A stretch of DNA of 64,000 nucleotides from NCBI GenBank assembly GCA_977018835.1, contig OZ361258.1, positions 4,774,001-4,838,000 of the forward strand, given 5' to 3'. This DNA is from Minutocellus sp. GHC0000111 (lineage: Eukaryota). Shown in pieces: positions 34,398 through 47,007 of this stretch. Numbering within the stretch: the stretch's first letter is position 1; each line of letters begins with the position of its first letter. A model generated the notes under the pieces. That model saw only the letters and a program-made list of their open reading frames with translations, was not told the DNA's origin and did no database searches. The position numbers and the translations under genes were made by a program.

Positions 34398-36797
34398 TAA
34401 ATAATAAAGAGGCCATAAAGGAGGGAAAGAGAGGCCAAAAATACAGGTACATGTATGTTGTGGAAAGTGGTCACCGGCACCAGAAACACCGTGACGACCA
34501 GCTCCGCCGAGAATCGCCTGGCCTGCTCGATCCTCACACGCCTCTCTGTGTGTGTGTGCCTCAATGCTGCTTCGCCGCCTGCAGGTGTCGGTGGGCTCCT
34601 CGACTCAACAGACCAGACATCCAGCAGCTCCTGTCCCGGCATGCTCTAGTTAGAGCTATCGGTACGTAGATCTACATGTACATGTAGCTCGATCTACATG
34701 AAGCCAAACAGACAGCATTATTTGTCGCATTTACAATTGTAAAATTGGTGTGTATTTTTTGTGTTTGCAGCTACGTAGCTACGTAGCTAGATCCGTCACT
34801 CAGTCAGCCAGTCAGTCAGTCATCCTCCATGGCCCACAGATCCATCAGATCGGTATCACTCCAATCCGTGGAATCCTCCTCCTCCTCATCTTTGCCAGCA
34901 ACAACTACCGCTTCGATATCGACCTTCTTCGCCTCCTCGACGATCTTAGCCCAGTCCTCCTCCAACCGCTCTTCTTCTGCCGTCTTCGGCCGAGGACCTC
35001 GAGATCCGATCCATTGAAATCCGGGTATCGACCGCTCGATCTGCTCGATGCGTTCGGGGGTGAGACTGGACGCCTCATCTCTCTGCAACCGTGCGTATTG
35101 ATACCTTTGGACATCAATCCAAACGCGAACGTCGCGATGGTGCGGTTGGTCCAATCTGGTCGTCGTTCCAATTTTGTCGCTTTTGATTCTTCCTCATCTT
35201 CTTCGGCTGCATCATCTTGAACAAAAAACAACGTCTTCTGCGTTCTTTCCAACATATCTCTCCATTTCTTATCATTGACTGCCCATTCGAATCCAATGTC
35301 TTCCAACGCCTGAACTCTGTCCTCGGATATGTCCGGTTTCATCTCCAACTGCGATCTTGAGAGTTTTCTCCTGGTCAATGATGATGGCCAAGACAGCGGT
35401 GAGTATGTGTTCAATCCATTTGTGTCTCGGGCGGAAGTCGAAGCTGAGCATTTCGATGACGCGATCGGCATACTTCGACCGGTATACTGCTTCCCAACGA
35501 GTGCCGATGATTCATCTGATTCGGCCGCCTTCCGTTCTGTCATCGACGATCTTGCAACGGCGACCCGGCGGTATACTGCACCATGTCTCTTTGCAATTGC
35601 CAAGTGCAGGGAGCAGGCAAAGGTGGACTATTCGGTGCTGTCCAGCGCAGAGCATGGTGCACGATTTTCGGGATGGATGAAGGCGTATGGTGCTCTACCT
35701 GCATCTGAGAAGGCGATGTGGGAGATGAAGAGGAGATCTCATCTGGCTATGCAGCCATACATTCGAGATGTTATTGTTGATGCTCTGATACGAAATCCTC
35801 GGGAGGGTTAGGCGCTCGATTTCTCGCGAAACGGACTTCGTAAATAATAAAGAGGCCATAAAGGAGGGAAAGAGAGGCCAAAAATACAGGTACATGTATG
35901 TTGTGGAAAGTGGTCACCGGCACCAGAAACACCGTGACGACCAGCTCCGCCGAGAATCGCCTGGCCTGCTCGATCCTCACACGCCTCTCTGTGTGTGTGT
36001 GCCTCAATGCTGCTTCGCCGCCTGCAGGTGTCGGTGGGCTCCTCGACTCAACAGACCAGACATCCAGCAGCTCCTGTCCCGGCATGCTCTAGTTAGAGCT
36101 ATCGGTACGTAGATCTACATGTACATGTAGCTCGATCTACATGAAGCCAAACAGACAGCATTATTTGTCGCATTTACAATTGTAAAATTGGTGTGTATTT
36201 TTTGTGTTTGCAGCTACGTAGCTACGTAGCTAGATCCGTCACTCAGTCAGCCAGTCAGTCAGTCATCCTCCATGGCCCACAGATCCATCAGATCGGTATC
36301 ACTCCAATCCGTGGAATCCTCCTCCTCCTCATCTTTGCCAGCAACAACTACCGCTTCGATATCGACCTTCTTCGCCTCCTCGACGATCTTAGCCCAGTCC
36401 TCCTCCAACCGCTCTTCTTCTGCCGTCTTCGGCCGAGGACCTCGAGATCCGATCCATTGAAATCCGGGTATCGACCGCTCGATCTGCTCGATGCGTTCGG
36501 GGGTGAGACTGGACGCCTCATCTCTCTGCAACCGTGCGTATTGATACCTTTGGACATCAATCCAAACGCGAACGTCGCGATGGTGCGGTTGGTCCAATCT
36601 GGTCGTCGTTCCAATTTTGTCGCTTTTGATTCTTCCTCATCTTCTTCGGCTGCATCATCTTGAACAAAAAACAACGTCTTCTGCGTTCTTTCCAACATAT
36701 CTCTCCATTTCTTATCATTGACTGCCCATTCGAATCCAATGTCTTCCAACGCCTGAACTCTGTCCTCGGATATGTCCGGTTTCATCTCCAACTGCGA
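33912..36797. repeat. Tandem duplication of a 1443-bp unit (33912-35354 and 35355-36797)
   Basis: Identical ORF sets offset by 1443; junction ...CAACTGCGA|TCTTGAGAG. Confidence 0.95.
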
Positions 36798-37534
36798 ATT
36801 GCGATAACAAAGACGTTGCAAAGCGACCCATCGGCTCAAGGCCGGATTTTCGTCCCAAAGCTGTGGGACGTTGCAATGCCCATGCTTCTTTTTGAAGGCA
36901 ATTAATTCCTGGCATCGTCGATCCCACGCTTCACGGAATGGGGTGCCAAAGTCAAAGTCGATGGCACAGAGTTTCTCGTACCGATCTCGGGTCATGGTGG
37001 AGCGTCGTCCATGGAGCAGATGGCGGAATTGATGCCGCTGATTGCGAACCCAAATGGCTAGCTTGGTGTCGGAATGCGATAGCGGGACGTTGGTATGGCC
37101 ATGCTTGCGTTTGTATTCGACCAAATCAGAATAACGAATGCTCCAGTTTTGGATTCGGCGGTCGTTGGTCCGTTCCAGGCTGGTCGGTATTTCGTCCAGC
37201 GACATGGACGATCGAGAGGCACTGTTTACGCTCAGCTGGGTCTGTGTTTGTCTTGCCCTTGCCGCCGATTTTCGCGAGAACATATGGGCACGCAAACGAA
37301 ATGCATGGTGGGAAAATCTGGGTCTCAATGGAACATGCGTCAGTGCCGATGCAACGGCAAGGCAGGAGACGAGGGCAGCAGCGGCGGCCGATGCCGACGC
37401 CGTTGAAAATAAGTGAGAGTGCTGCGTGTGATATGATCCGACTTCTCCGCGGTGCCTCTTTCGATTCTTCACATAATTTCTCTCGCCGTCAACTACGGAG
37501 CATGCAATATTCCGCCTTGGTTCTTTCATCGTCA
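36259..37534 (-). CDS. HA-repeat protein with a frameshift near 36600-36670; start uncertain
   Basis: HA motifs WSIRYSDLVEYKRKHGHTNVP and WDRRCQELIAFKKKHGHCNVP. The third repeat (VWIDVQR...LTPERIEQIE) is in another frame. Confidence 0.8.
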
Positions 37535-37614
37535 TGTTTTTGTGGTATGTAGGCCTATGTGGTGGTCCGTTGTGGCGTGGGTCGGTCGGCGCGCGGCAAC
37601 GCTTTCGTTCATTA

Positions 37615-37729
37615 ATATCGACTGCTAAGGAGCACCCGAATGTTACCGGCTTGATATCGACTGCTAAGGAGCATCTGAATGTTACCGGCTTGATATCGAC
37701 TGCTAAGGAGCATCTGAATGTTACCGGCT
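37615..37729. repeat. 39-bp minisatellite, three copies
   Basis: ATATCGACTGCTAAGGAGCA(TCT/CCC)GAATGTTACCGGCTTG at 37615, 37654 and 37693, with no spacers. Confidence 0.95.
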
Positions 37730-37929
37730 CCACCTCGCTCCTCTGCCTCCGCAGAGCCGAGCACCGGCACTGCCGATACGCCCACCACCGTGAGACGCGG
37801 CAACTCGAGTCAAATCTGCTCGCAATGAGTCACAGTCATTGGCAAATAAGGCAATAGTATCTTAACGAGATCGGACGGGCGGTAACGTAGGGCGGTGGTC
37901 TCCGCATCCTCGACCCGCGTATCGCAACA

Positions 37930-39258
37930 ATGCTGTCCGAACTCGTCCGTCCGCTCACCTTCATCGTCTTTGGTCTGGCAATACTGGTTGCAGTATCATC
38001 CAACTTTCGAGCATTGCACAATCGAACCGGCAGGCAAAGCAATGTGGGGGATGCACATGACATAATGGTGCAAAAGATGTTGGCTAATTCCCAGCGAACG
38101 GCAAAGACCAACCTGAAGCACGTTCTGGCGGAGCGCAAACGGAAACGAAGGGAGGCAGGAGTGCCCCAGCGACCAACGCGACGGTACCCCATCGACGATT
38201 GGAAGAAGGGACAGATGCCAGATCTGCAGCAGAAGGAGGCGGAGATTGATGCCGCACCTGCCGATCGAAGCAGTTACTTGGGATTTGACGGCGTGGAGTG
38301 GGGATCGTGCTTTGAACCACATCCGCACTTTCGTCCAGATCCAGAGACGACGGAGATTGCGTTGCCCATTATCAACCTGGGGTTTCCGAAAGCCGGTACG
38401 ACGAGCTTTCAGAACTTTTTGGAGTGCGGCAAGCCGGAGTGGAACGTTAGCCATCAGTTCTGCCGATACCAACCCTTGCTATTTGACAATCGTGAGCAAA
38501 AGATTGGAGATTACTGCGGCAGATGCCTCACCGATGCGTTGCGGAATAAAACGTTTGCTGATGGCATCGGCGACCCTTTGTATCGGTGTGGCAATTACGA
38601 CGCCTTTACACAAATTGATATGTCACCGGGATCCGGAGAATGCTTTTGGCCACAAGTTGATATGCTGGAAACTTTTCACAACTTTCGCCCAGAGGCTACA
38701 TTTACATTCAGCCACCGTCCGTTTGATAAGTGGTACGCCAGTATGTCGAAATGGCATCAATATCACATGCGACTGGCCAAATGCCAACTGGGAGAATACC
38801 CTCGTGGTATTCTGGACAAGGCGTTTGATCCACGACGGTATCAAAACCTGCCAAGGGTTCGAGTTGCGCTCAAGAAATTTTATTGCGAACAAGTAGAACG
38901 TGTGCGAAAGTTTGTCCTTCAACATCCATCCCACAAGCTTGTCGAAATCATGGTTGGTGATCCCGACATTGGTGACTATTTAGCAGAGCTCTTCGACGTG
39001 GATCAATCCTGCTGGGGTGCGCACAATGTCAACCCAGAGTCCGAGACACACAAGGAACTGTTGGCAGGGAATGGAACCGTGGCGCTTGCCAAATCTGTGC
39101 CGATGGCGAAACGAATACGAAAGATACCTAAGAACGATACATCCGTGCAACTCTGGAGAGAGAAAAAGGCCGCAAAACAACGCAAACGCAAACAGAAACG
39201 AAAAATACAACAAATTGGGAACGCTGCTACATTCACCAACCCTACACAACAGAGATAG
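37930..39258 (+). CDS. Membrane-anchored sulfotransferase-like P-loop protein
   Basis: N-terminal TM helix; PAPS-binding-like LGFPKAGTTS; R...W..S motif; FVLQHPSHKLVE. Confidence 0.78.
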   Translation: MLSELVRPLTFIVFGLAILVAVSSNFRALHNRTGRQSNVGDAHDIMVQKMLANSQRTAKTNLKHVLAERKRKRREAGVPQRPTRRYPIDDWKKGQMPDLQQKEAEIDAAPADRSSYLGFDGVEWGSCFEPHPHFRPDPETTEIALPIINLGFPKAGTTSFQNFLECGKPEWNVSHQFCRYQPLLFDNREQKIGDYCGRCLTDALRNKTFADGIGDPLYRCGNYDAFTQIDMSPGSGECFWPQVDMLETFHNFRPEATFTFSHRPFDKWYASMSKWHQYHMRLAKCQLGEYPRGILDKAFDPRRYQNLPRVRVALKKFYCEQVERVRKFVLQHPSHKLVEIMVGDPDIGDYLAELFDVDQSCWGAHNVNPESETHKELLAGNGTVALAKSVPMAKRIRKIPKNDTSVQLWREKKAAKQRKRKQKRKIQQIGNAATFTNPTQQR

Positions 39259-39314
39259 CACAAACTAGGCGATTCCTTATAGCCTTCTACCCTACTAACT
39301 AACTAACCAACTAA

Positions 39315-40361
39315 CTAACTAAGTTTATCAAGCTCATTGTCTGACAAGCCAAAGGGCGGCGCAACTCTTTGCTCGTGACGCCATATCCGCGCTATCCACT
39401 TCTCATCTACCGCTGCACAACCTTCATGCTCTGTTCTTTCGTCAAATACACCGTTCGCATCGGCAGGGAAAAATAGCAAAGCGTCGCCTTTCTTTGGCTT
39501 GATGGTGAGCTTGGAGTCATTCGGATCGCCTTCAACGGTCGTTATTGCCGGCAGCTTGCCAAATCGAGTATTGCCACCACTGGGAACGTCATTGAGATAG
39601 ACTAATAATGTGGCCAAGGTTTGGCCTCCCCTATTCGCATCCTCGGTGGCCGCAGACCTATTTGCGTCATAATGCGGGGCGAGTACCTGATCGCTTTCAT
39701 ATCGAATAACAGTTGGTGCTTCAAATAGCCTGCTTTCTCTCTTGGCCGCCTTGCTGGTTTCGACCCCATCCCCGAATAGAGCCGCTGCTCGACGCACAAA
39801 GGCTCCAGATCCACCCTCAACTGTGCTAAGTGTCGTCGAGGTACTGGTCCTCAGTTGTTGAAGACTATCAGCGCGATTCTTCGTAAAGACAGCAATGCCC
39901 GCGATGGCAATCACAAGCAATATGCCGAAATTTTGGAGCATATGTACGACGAGGTCAATCTGTGATGCCGATGCATCATCCTTGGTCTGGAACCATGCCC
40001 CGCCAATTGCCAACCACGCCACTGGTCCTTTCGCTGCAAGCTCGGTCAAATCCTTCAAATCACTCGTCCAGCCCGCGTATGCGACTGGCGACTGCGCCAT
40101 GTCGCCCTTAGCTTTTGCCCGAGTGATAATATCTTCACAGGCATCATCGTCAAGGAAATTTTCCAACACAAATATATCCGGATTCCTGTGGATTCGTTTG
40201 GCGCCAGGAAAGGATTCATCGATTGGTATCCTTTGGCCAACTGACGATTGGAGCGCAACAAGGGGCGGTGGCGTCGTTGGTCGGTGAGCGATGGGAGACA
40301 CAAACGAGAATGTGGCGCTTGGTAGCAGGGCCAAAGCGCCCAAGAGAATTGCTGATGCCAT
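39315..40361 (-). CDS. Plastid-targeted prolyl 4-hydroxylase-like Fe(II)/2OG dioxygenase
   Basis: Signal peptide ending FSFVSP. Motifs PDIFVLENFL, PHYD, TLLVYLNDV..GG.T.F and TEHEG...EKWIA. Confidence 0.88.
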   Translation of the reverse strand: MASAILLGALALLPSATFSFVSPIAHRPTTPPPLVALQSSVGQRIPIDESFPGAKRIHRNPDIFVLENFLDDDACEDIITRAKAKGDMAQSPVAYAGWTSDLKDLTELAAKGPVAWLAIGGAWFQTKDDASASQIDLVVHMLQNFGILLVIAIAGIAVFTKNRADSLQQLRTSTSTTLSTVEGGSGAFVRRAAALFGDGVETSKAAKRESRLFEAPTVIRYESDQVLAPHYDANRSAATEDANRGGQTLATLLVYLNDVPSGGNTRFGKLPAITTVEGDPNDSKLTIKPKKGDALLFFPADANGVFDERTEHEGCAAVDEKWIARIWRHEQRVAPPFGLSDNELDKLS

Positions 40362-40514
40362 TTTTGCCTGATTTGCTTGCAGAGGAGAAAGCACTGCGGC
40401 CAACAAGACGCCAAGGCGTAGGCGCCATAGCCAGTTGAAGATGACAGTCAAAGAGTGCTATTGACTCATAACCTGATATCTTCAAGCGTCACTCGTCATC
40501 ACACTGCGACAACA

Positions 40515-41386
40515 ATGAGGCCAACCATCGCTCTGTTTGCGGCGTTTACAAATCCATCTTCCCTGAGGCCAAACGCCGCACGACCACTAACATCACTCAC
40601 AATGGCATCGTCTGGGGACAAGCAGCTCGTTGTAGGTAAGTTAATCTTGGATCGATGGCTTTGATTGTTACAGGCTACTTTCGAAGAACAGTGACTCTTC
40701 ACATATTTATTTGATCTTTGTTTGCAACTATGCTACATATTGGGAATCAGTTTGACTGACAGCACGTCCGCTCGACTTCTTTCGTCGCCAGACCCATTCT
40801 GCTTCCGGCAGTTTGCCGAGCACGAGGCATCGAAGGAATACAAGGGCACGGTGTTCAACATGTCCGTGGAAGAATTTGAGGCCATTGTGAATTCCAGATA
40901 CGACGAAAAAAACTGTAAGACGGATACGCACCATTCTGCAAGCACATCTTTTTGAAGAACGATATTGCCCCGGATGCCAAGTCGAACATTTTGCCCATCA
41001 CCAAGGAGAATGAGCACCTGCTGCGGAGCAAATACGAAGCGCGGAACGATAAGGAGCTGCCTGTTTTGACGAGATGGTTCCCCTCGGAACTGGTTGGTGA
41101 TGACATGCTCCCCACCGCAGAATATTTGGACTTGATCTTGTATTCTCGTGAACAAATCGACAAGGAAAATGAGAGCATGGGCAAGCCGGGAAGAGAGGGA
41201 GAGACTGCACCCTGGGGAATTGTCAGTATCAAGGCACAGGGAGTGGACTATGAGCTGCCGATGACCCCCATCACAGCAATGCGAAATGCGCTCGGGAAGG
41301 AGCATGGCGGAAGTGGTGTCGAGATTGATCGCGATGCCTATATGGAGGCGTATAACTTTTGGAAGGACCATGCCACTGTCTCCTGA
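40515..41386 (+). pseudogene. DUF3228-family protein; intron 40636-40791; frameshift near 40915
   Basis: DPFCFRQF, then in a shifted frame DGYAPFCKH, YEARNDKELPVL.RW, LDLILYSREQI and PITAMRNALG. Confidence 0.82.
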
Positions 41387-41846
41387 AGAAGCAAGGATTT
41401 TTATCATCAATGAAGAATGGAAAAAGGGAAGCAGGAGAGAATTGGTTGCATGCAGGAAGGCTCGACTCTGACTGACCAGCTGATAGGAATTCCTACATAC
41501 CAGTAAATGAATGATATACAGAGCGTCTGCTTGTAGTGCTTGCTGTAGCTAACTTACATATAGCTGCATGGGCTGCAGGTACCAAGATATCTCGCCCCTT
41601 TGCGGCAATCGACAGCAGCAAGCAGCACGCGCTGGGCGATCCGGCCGAGAGGCCGCTGAGCTTGTGTCTCCTATGCAAAAAACTCGGGGTCATGGAAAAG
41701 ATTGGCGCATCGTCATCGCGTCCTCCAGCTTCTGGTGTCAAGATCCATCCATCAACACTCCTCCAACCAAAACAGCCAACGAATGCGATCAAATCATAAA
41801 TCAGAACATCTCCAAGGCAGTCAATCACAAAGCAAACAGATCCAAC

Positions 41847-43467
41847 ATGCTCTCCCGTTCAGCTTCCCTCCTGTCCAAGAGGGCCGGCTACTCCATCTCA
41901 ACCGCCGTCTCGAAGCAGCTGGCACCGGCCGTTGCAGCAACGAGTTCGGGTTCGTCATCGGCGAATGTTTCCCTACCTTCCAATCAGCGCCAATACACCA
42001 CCCACTCACAGCTTCCTGAGGAGCATCAGATGATCTACGAGATGTGCCGCAACTTTGCAAACGAAGAGCTGGCGCCCAACGCCGGCGAGTGGGACCAGAA
42101 ACATGCATTTCCCACTGAGGCAATCACTCATATGGTGCGTTACCGCACGTAACGTTGAAGTGCGCCGATTGGCAAATCATTCATGCCATCGGTTCGGTTT
42201 CAGAGGTTAGGACTTTGCTGTGCCAAGCTGTGCCCATTTTATCACCATTCAACTGACAAAAGCCATTCTTTGCATCTTTCTCATTCCTTGCTCTTGTCAC
42301 ATTCCATTCCATTCCATTCCATTCCATTCCGTCACATCACATGAAATGCTGAATTGCATCGCTGCAATTGACACATGCAATTGATACACATTTCGATGAC
42401 ACACTACTTGCTCTTTCGCTTCCAATAGGCCGAGCTTGGCCTGATGGGAATCAACGTCCCCGGTGAGTATGGTGGCTCTGAGCTCGATGCTCTCGCCTAT
42501 GCCATCGCCATGGAGGAGATTAGCCGTGGGTGCGCATCTGCTGGCGTCATCATGTCCGCACAATTCGCTCTACCTGTGGCCCATCCAGGCATTCGGAACT
42601 CACGAGCAGAAGGAGAAGTGGGTGACCCCGTACGCGCAGCCAATTAAGGACGACGGAACCCTCAACATTGGCTGCTTCGGCCTATCGGAACCTGGCAATG
42701 GTAGTGATGCCGGCGCCGCCCCGACAACCGCCACCCTGTCGGAGGATGGAAGTGAGTGGATTATCAACGGCACCAAGGCATGGATTATCAATGCTCATGA
42801 ATCTACGGCGGCTGTCATATTTGCCACTACCGATAAATCTCTGAAACACAAGGGTATTTCGGCTTTTATCGTGCCTCTTGATGCCGAGGGATTTTCTCTT
42901 GGCGCCAAGGAAGACAAGTTGGGCATCCGTGCTTCGTCAACTTCCAACCTCATCTTTGATAATGTTCGCATTCCACTTGATAGTTTGCTTGGCAAGGAGG
43001 GCGATGGCTTCAAGATTGCCATGAAAACCTTGGATGGAGGGCGCATTGGAGTTGCCGGTCAAGCTGTGGGCATTGCTTCTGCCTCGATTGATTGCGCAGC
43101 CAACTACGCTCTTGAACGCCAGGCATTCGGCAAGCCAATCGCCTCCTTTCAATCCATTCAGAACAAGATTAGCGCCATGTCTGTAGCCCGCGGCTCTTCC
43201 CGACTGCTCATTTTGAGAGCGGCTATGCTCAAGGACGCTGGTGAAAAGTACACTCGAGAAGCGGCCATGGCCAAGCTGGCAGCAAGCGAGGCAGCAACCA
43301 TGTGCTCTCATCAAGCAATTCAAGTCCTTGGTGGGATGGGATACGTCTCGGATATGCCAGCCGAAAGACATTATCGCGATGCTCGGATTACAGAAATTTA
43401 CGAAGGCACGAGTGAGATTCAGCATCTTGTGATTGCCGGCGATGTACTCAAGGAATACAAGGGATAG
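41847..43467 (+). pseudogene. ACADS: Mitochondrial short-chain acyl-CoA dehydrogenase; intron 42135-42428; 2-bp frameshift near 42559
   Basis: [31 protein letters not shown] and [20 protein letters not shown] motifs. MSAHNSLY is broken by loss of CA. Confidence 0.92.
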
Positions 43468-43595
43468 AAACGATGAATATCACATTCATGTCTTGGTCTA
43501 ATCAATATTTAATTCTAGAAAGGTATTGCGTTTTTCAACGGTGTTTCATATCTTGCCGCGTGTCATTTGTTATCGAATGCTCTTGTTGATTATTA

Positions 43596-44351
43596 TTACT
43601 CTATCAGCGTTTGCTTCTTGTGGGCAGCATTTCCCGAGATCAAAGTGGCGAATTTTCCTAGGAAACAAAGATTGTCGCACATATCTTCGCCGTCTCTCCC
43701 CTGATCTGCGCCGGTTCTCATTCCATTTTCTCCATGGTCGTACTGGAACTCATCATAATGGCGGACACTGCAAGTAATAAGAGTTGTATCACATGTAGAC
43801 TTGGAACACAACACCTCGTCGACGGGTGACTTCGCGTCCATGTCCGCTTAAATTGCAGGATTATTCAATGAGCTGTTCAGCGCTGATTTCAGTTCCGTCA
43901 CTTCCTCATTGGCTTCCTTGACAGATTTCTTCAATGCGGCAATCTCGTCCAGTAGTGACTGAACATCAAAAGGTTCGATAGAATCTTCCACGCTGCTTGT
44001 TATTGTCGCATCTCTTTCGTCGCACTGAATATCTTGTCGTTGCTCTTCCGTGTTTGTATCCTGGCGATTTTCCAGTGCAAGAAAATCTTGAGCTTCTCGA
44101 AGTGCTCGCTGCATTTCAAGACCAGCCGACTCCATCTCCAGGGTCAAGTCCCTCGTTGATGCAACGCTTTGGCTGATTGCACTATCCTGTAGGCGTTCAT
44201 TATTGGCAATGTCCTTGTCATTGCCACTCTTGTCATCGGAGTAGACGATCATGGTCGCTCGCGCCATCTTCAGCGCTGTGGAAAGCCGCTCGGCTGGCGT
44301 CGTCGCATCTACTGCGCTATCAACGCATTGCGTAGGAGTTTGTGGTGTCAT
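43596..44351 (-). pseudogene. Hypothetical coiled-coil protein with in-frame TAA at 43848-43850
   Basis: ORFs 44351-43848 and 43841-43596 share a frame and are separated by TAA GCG GAC. Confidence 0.5.
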
Positions 44352-44671
44352 TATCTTTGCTCCGCTGAGGCCATTGGTGGCAAACCGGCGTATCGTCGTC
44401 TACTCGGGGGATCAGCCTTCTTGTGTTGAAAGCCGCAGCTGCAGGCGGAATTCCTACATTTACTTTTGGCGAGGTCATCACATCCTCCGGGTGTCTCCTA
44501 CCGAACGCGGAGGAGAGTTCAGTTGCTTGCCAGGTACTACTATACACCGGAAGCTTCCCGTATGTAGGTAGGTCTAAATCATCAGCAAGTCAACTACAGC
44601 AGCAAATCTCCAAGGGACTAAGCTTCTAGCTAGATAGAACAGTTCCCAGCAATGCTATCCTTTTATATTTT

Positions 44672-47007
44672 TTACACATTTGATTCAACCCAACTCAACA
44701 TTGTCTGCCACAATTTCTCGTGCCCGGGCTTCTCGTGGAGCCCTGGATGCGATAGAACTGTACTCAGAGCCCGTTTTGCTTCCGTGCCCCATTTTGAGGC
44801 AGCTGATACATCTGTGTTCTTAAATCCCGCAAGTTCGCCCATTAAGTTTGCATAATTACTCACATCAGCATAGGGGACATCATTGGGCGGCTTTCTCTGG
44901 AAGCAGATTTGGAATTTTTCGTGAGCTTCTTCTTTTCTTCCCAACAAGATTAGAGAAAGACCATGGGAACAGTAAGTGATGTATGGCGCTCTTTTGGTGC
45001 CATCATTTCGTTCAGCCTCTCGAAATGCAGCCTCGGCTTCAATGAGAAGCTGCTTCTCTTGCTTCGGCAGTCCTAATTTGAGAAATGCCTGCCCCCTCGC
45101 GGACAAGACGAATGCCATGTCGTCAGTACTAATCTTTCGCTGCGCATCTAGTTCTTCAATTTTTTTTGCCAATGAAAGAGCTTTGCCCAAGTCTGCATCT
45201 GGCCATACAGAGGTCCGTGTATGCTGAAAGGCCATCATCGGGAGCCCGATAACATATGGCGTATCTTTCAAACCATCTCCATACAAATCAACTACTTCTT
45301 GCGCTGCCATTGCATGCGCATAACTTTTGGCTGACTCCTCGGCGGTCTCACCCCACCACCCCCGAGCAAGTGCCATATTCAACTTGACTGACTGTGGGAA
45401 CTTTTTGATATCAGCTTCAAATACAGCCTTCGAATCTTCCCACTCTGGAACTCTCTGATATGTCATAATAGAAAAACGAGCAGTCGATGCTGCCACCATT
45501 GCAATGAGAATGATAATCTGTATCGGCATTCTTTGGCGACCCGATGCAAAGCGCGCTCCCGGTTCCTCCGCAACCGCAAATAAATAACAAATCAAAATGG
45601 TACTCGGCGTAAACAGCAACCGTTCTGCCATGGGCGTCCCTATTGTCACAATATGCGAAGCTGGAACTAACGGGGCGAAAGTCCAGCCAATTGCTTGAAC
45701 TAGCGCTGTATTCCCACGCTGCATCAATGTTTGTAACGCCGATCCAATTGCAAGTATTAGGCCCATCGCGACACCATAAAATAAAATCATGTTCGAGTCT
45801 GACCAAGTGAAAATTGGATCAACAACCCCCAGAGAATAATCGGACGATACTTCATCGGGCCAGAGTAATAGTTGTACATACTTGGCTTGAATATACAATG
45901 CCGTCATCAACTTTGACATCCCTGATAAATGCAGAACAAAGTTGTCGTATATCAAAATGTTTTGCGGTGATAGATCTTGACGGCCCTCAAAGAGCCATGA
46001 TCGAAAGGCAAGGTAGCCAACCGTCACGCTCAGGGCACTGATGGATGATAGAATTGGAAACGATGGCTTGGTCCAGATGTGGTCCTTGACATTTATGTTT
46101 GAGGGAGCCAAGACAGCTACGGCAATGTCGGTTCCGATAAGAACAATTGGCAAGACGCACGCAGTTTCCTTGCAGAGACACGCGAGAAACAGCGATATCA
46201 TGAGACCAATGTTGGCTCCCAAGGATGACAAAACGTTATCACTCGTTTTAGCAACATTGTAGCATTTTGTGCCAACGAGACAGAACAAGGCAGCAAGTAT
46301 CTCCGCTCTTCCGACAATCTGAGCAACACATTCAACGTGGACTGGGTGGGATGCAAACCAAAGGCCGGCCAAGAGGATTCCCAATGATTGACTCCTCGAC
46401 AACGTATTCATGGATTGGCGTCGCGTTGATATGAATCCTTCAGCTGCCGCCTTGGCGACTGGTATCACCAGGATATCCACCACCAGATAGCAAACCAGTG
46501 CATAAAGCACAACATTCGTCACGTGGAACATCCATGCCCCTTTATGCTCAATGTCAGCATCGTGTTCCATTTGTTCCACCCATGCTTCGCCCAGCACGTT
46601 TCGTTCTACCCATTTAGTGATGATGGCGTCGATCCGAAAGCTCATGATGACAATCGGCCGATAACTCTTGTGTGTGAGGGGGCTGCTAATGCTGGTGCCC
46701 CAGAAATCGTTGCGAAACACCTCGGTCCATTTTGACATGACGCCGACGCCCAACCCGCTGGCGTTGGACTGGTTGAGCACATCGGGATTGTTCCGCACAC
46801 CCCCACCGTCGTCGTAGGGGAAGTAACATCTCCATATCGATCGCATGTGCAGGAGAAAACCAGCCAGGGCAGGGCGCAAATGATTTTGAGGGTGGTGGGC
46901 TGGAGTGCGGAGGAGATGGCACCGGCAGATTGGCCTTCGTTCATTGTTCTCTCTGTGCTGCCACCATGTCCTCCTGAGCGATTTGTTCTGCGCCGGGCGC
47001 TGGTCAT
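44672..47007 (-). CDS. TMTC: TMTC-type protein O-mannosyltransferase (DUF1736 + TPR); probable 1-bp frameshift near 46872
   Basis: YDD...NPDV, FRNDFWG, HKSYRP, HPVHVECVA..VGRAE, CKET and AERLLF motifs. The ATG at 47007 is out of frame with the main ORF. Confidence 0.9.

Noticed and set aside
34905..35603. 232-aa chimeric ORF
   Set aside because: By-product of the tandem-duplication junction; no evidence that it is a gene.
37615..37729. CRISPR-like repeat
   Set aside because: Contiguous units with no unique spacers, no cas genes and a eukaryotic context.
39293..39322. (CTAA)n run as a telomere remnant; also (ATTCC)n at 42300-42330
   Set aside because: Short microsatellites that do not match TTAGGG-type repeats.
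2119..47007. Glycosylation gene cluster (STT3, UXS, sulfotransferase-like, P4H-like, TMTC)
   Set aside because: Scattered among unrelated genes and aimed at different compartments; no sign of co-regulation.
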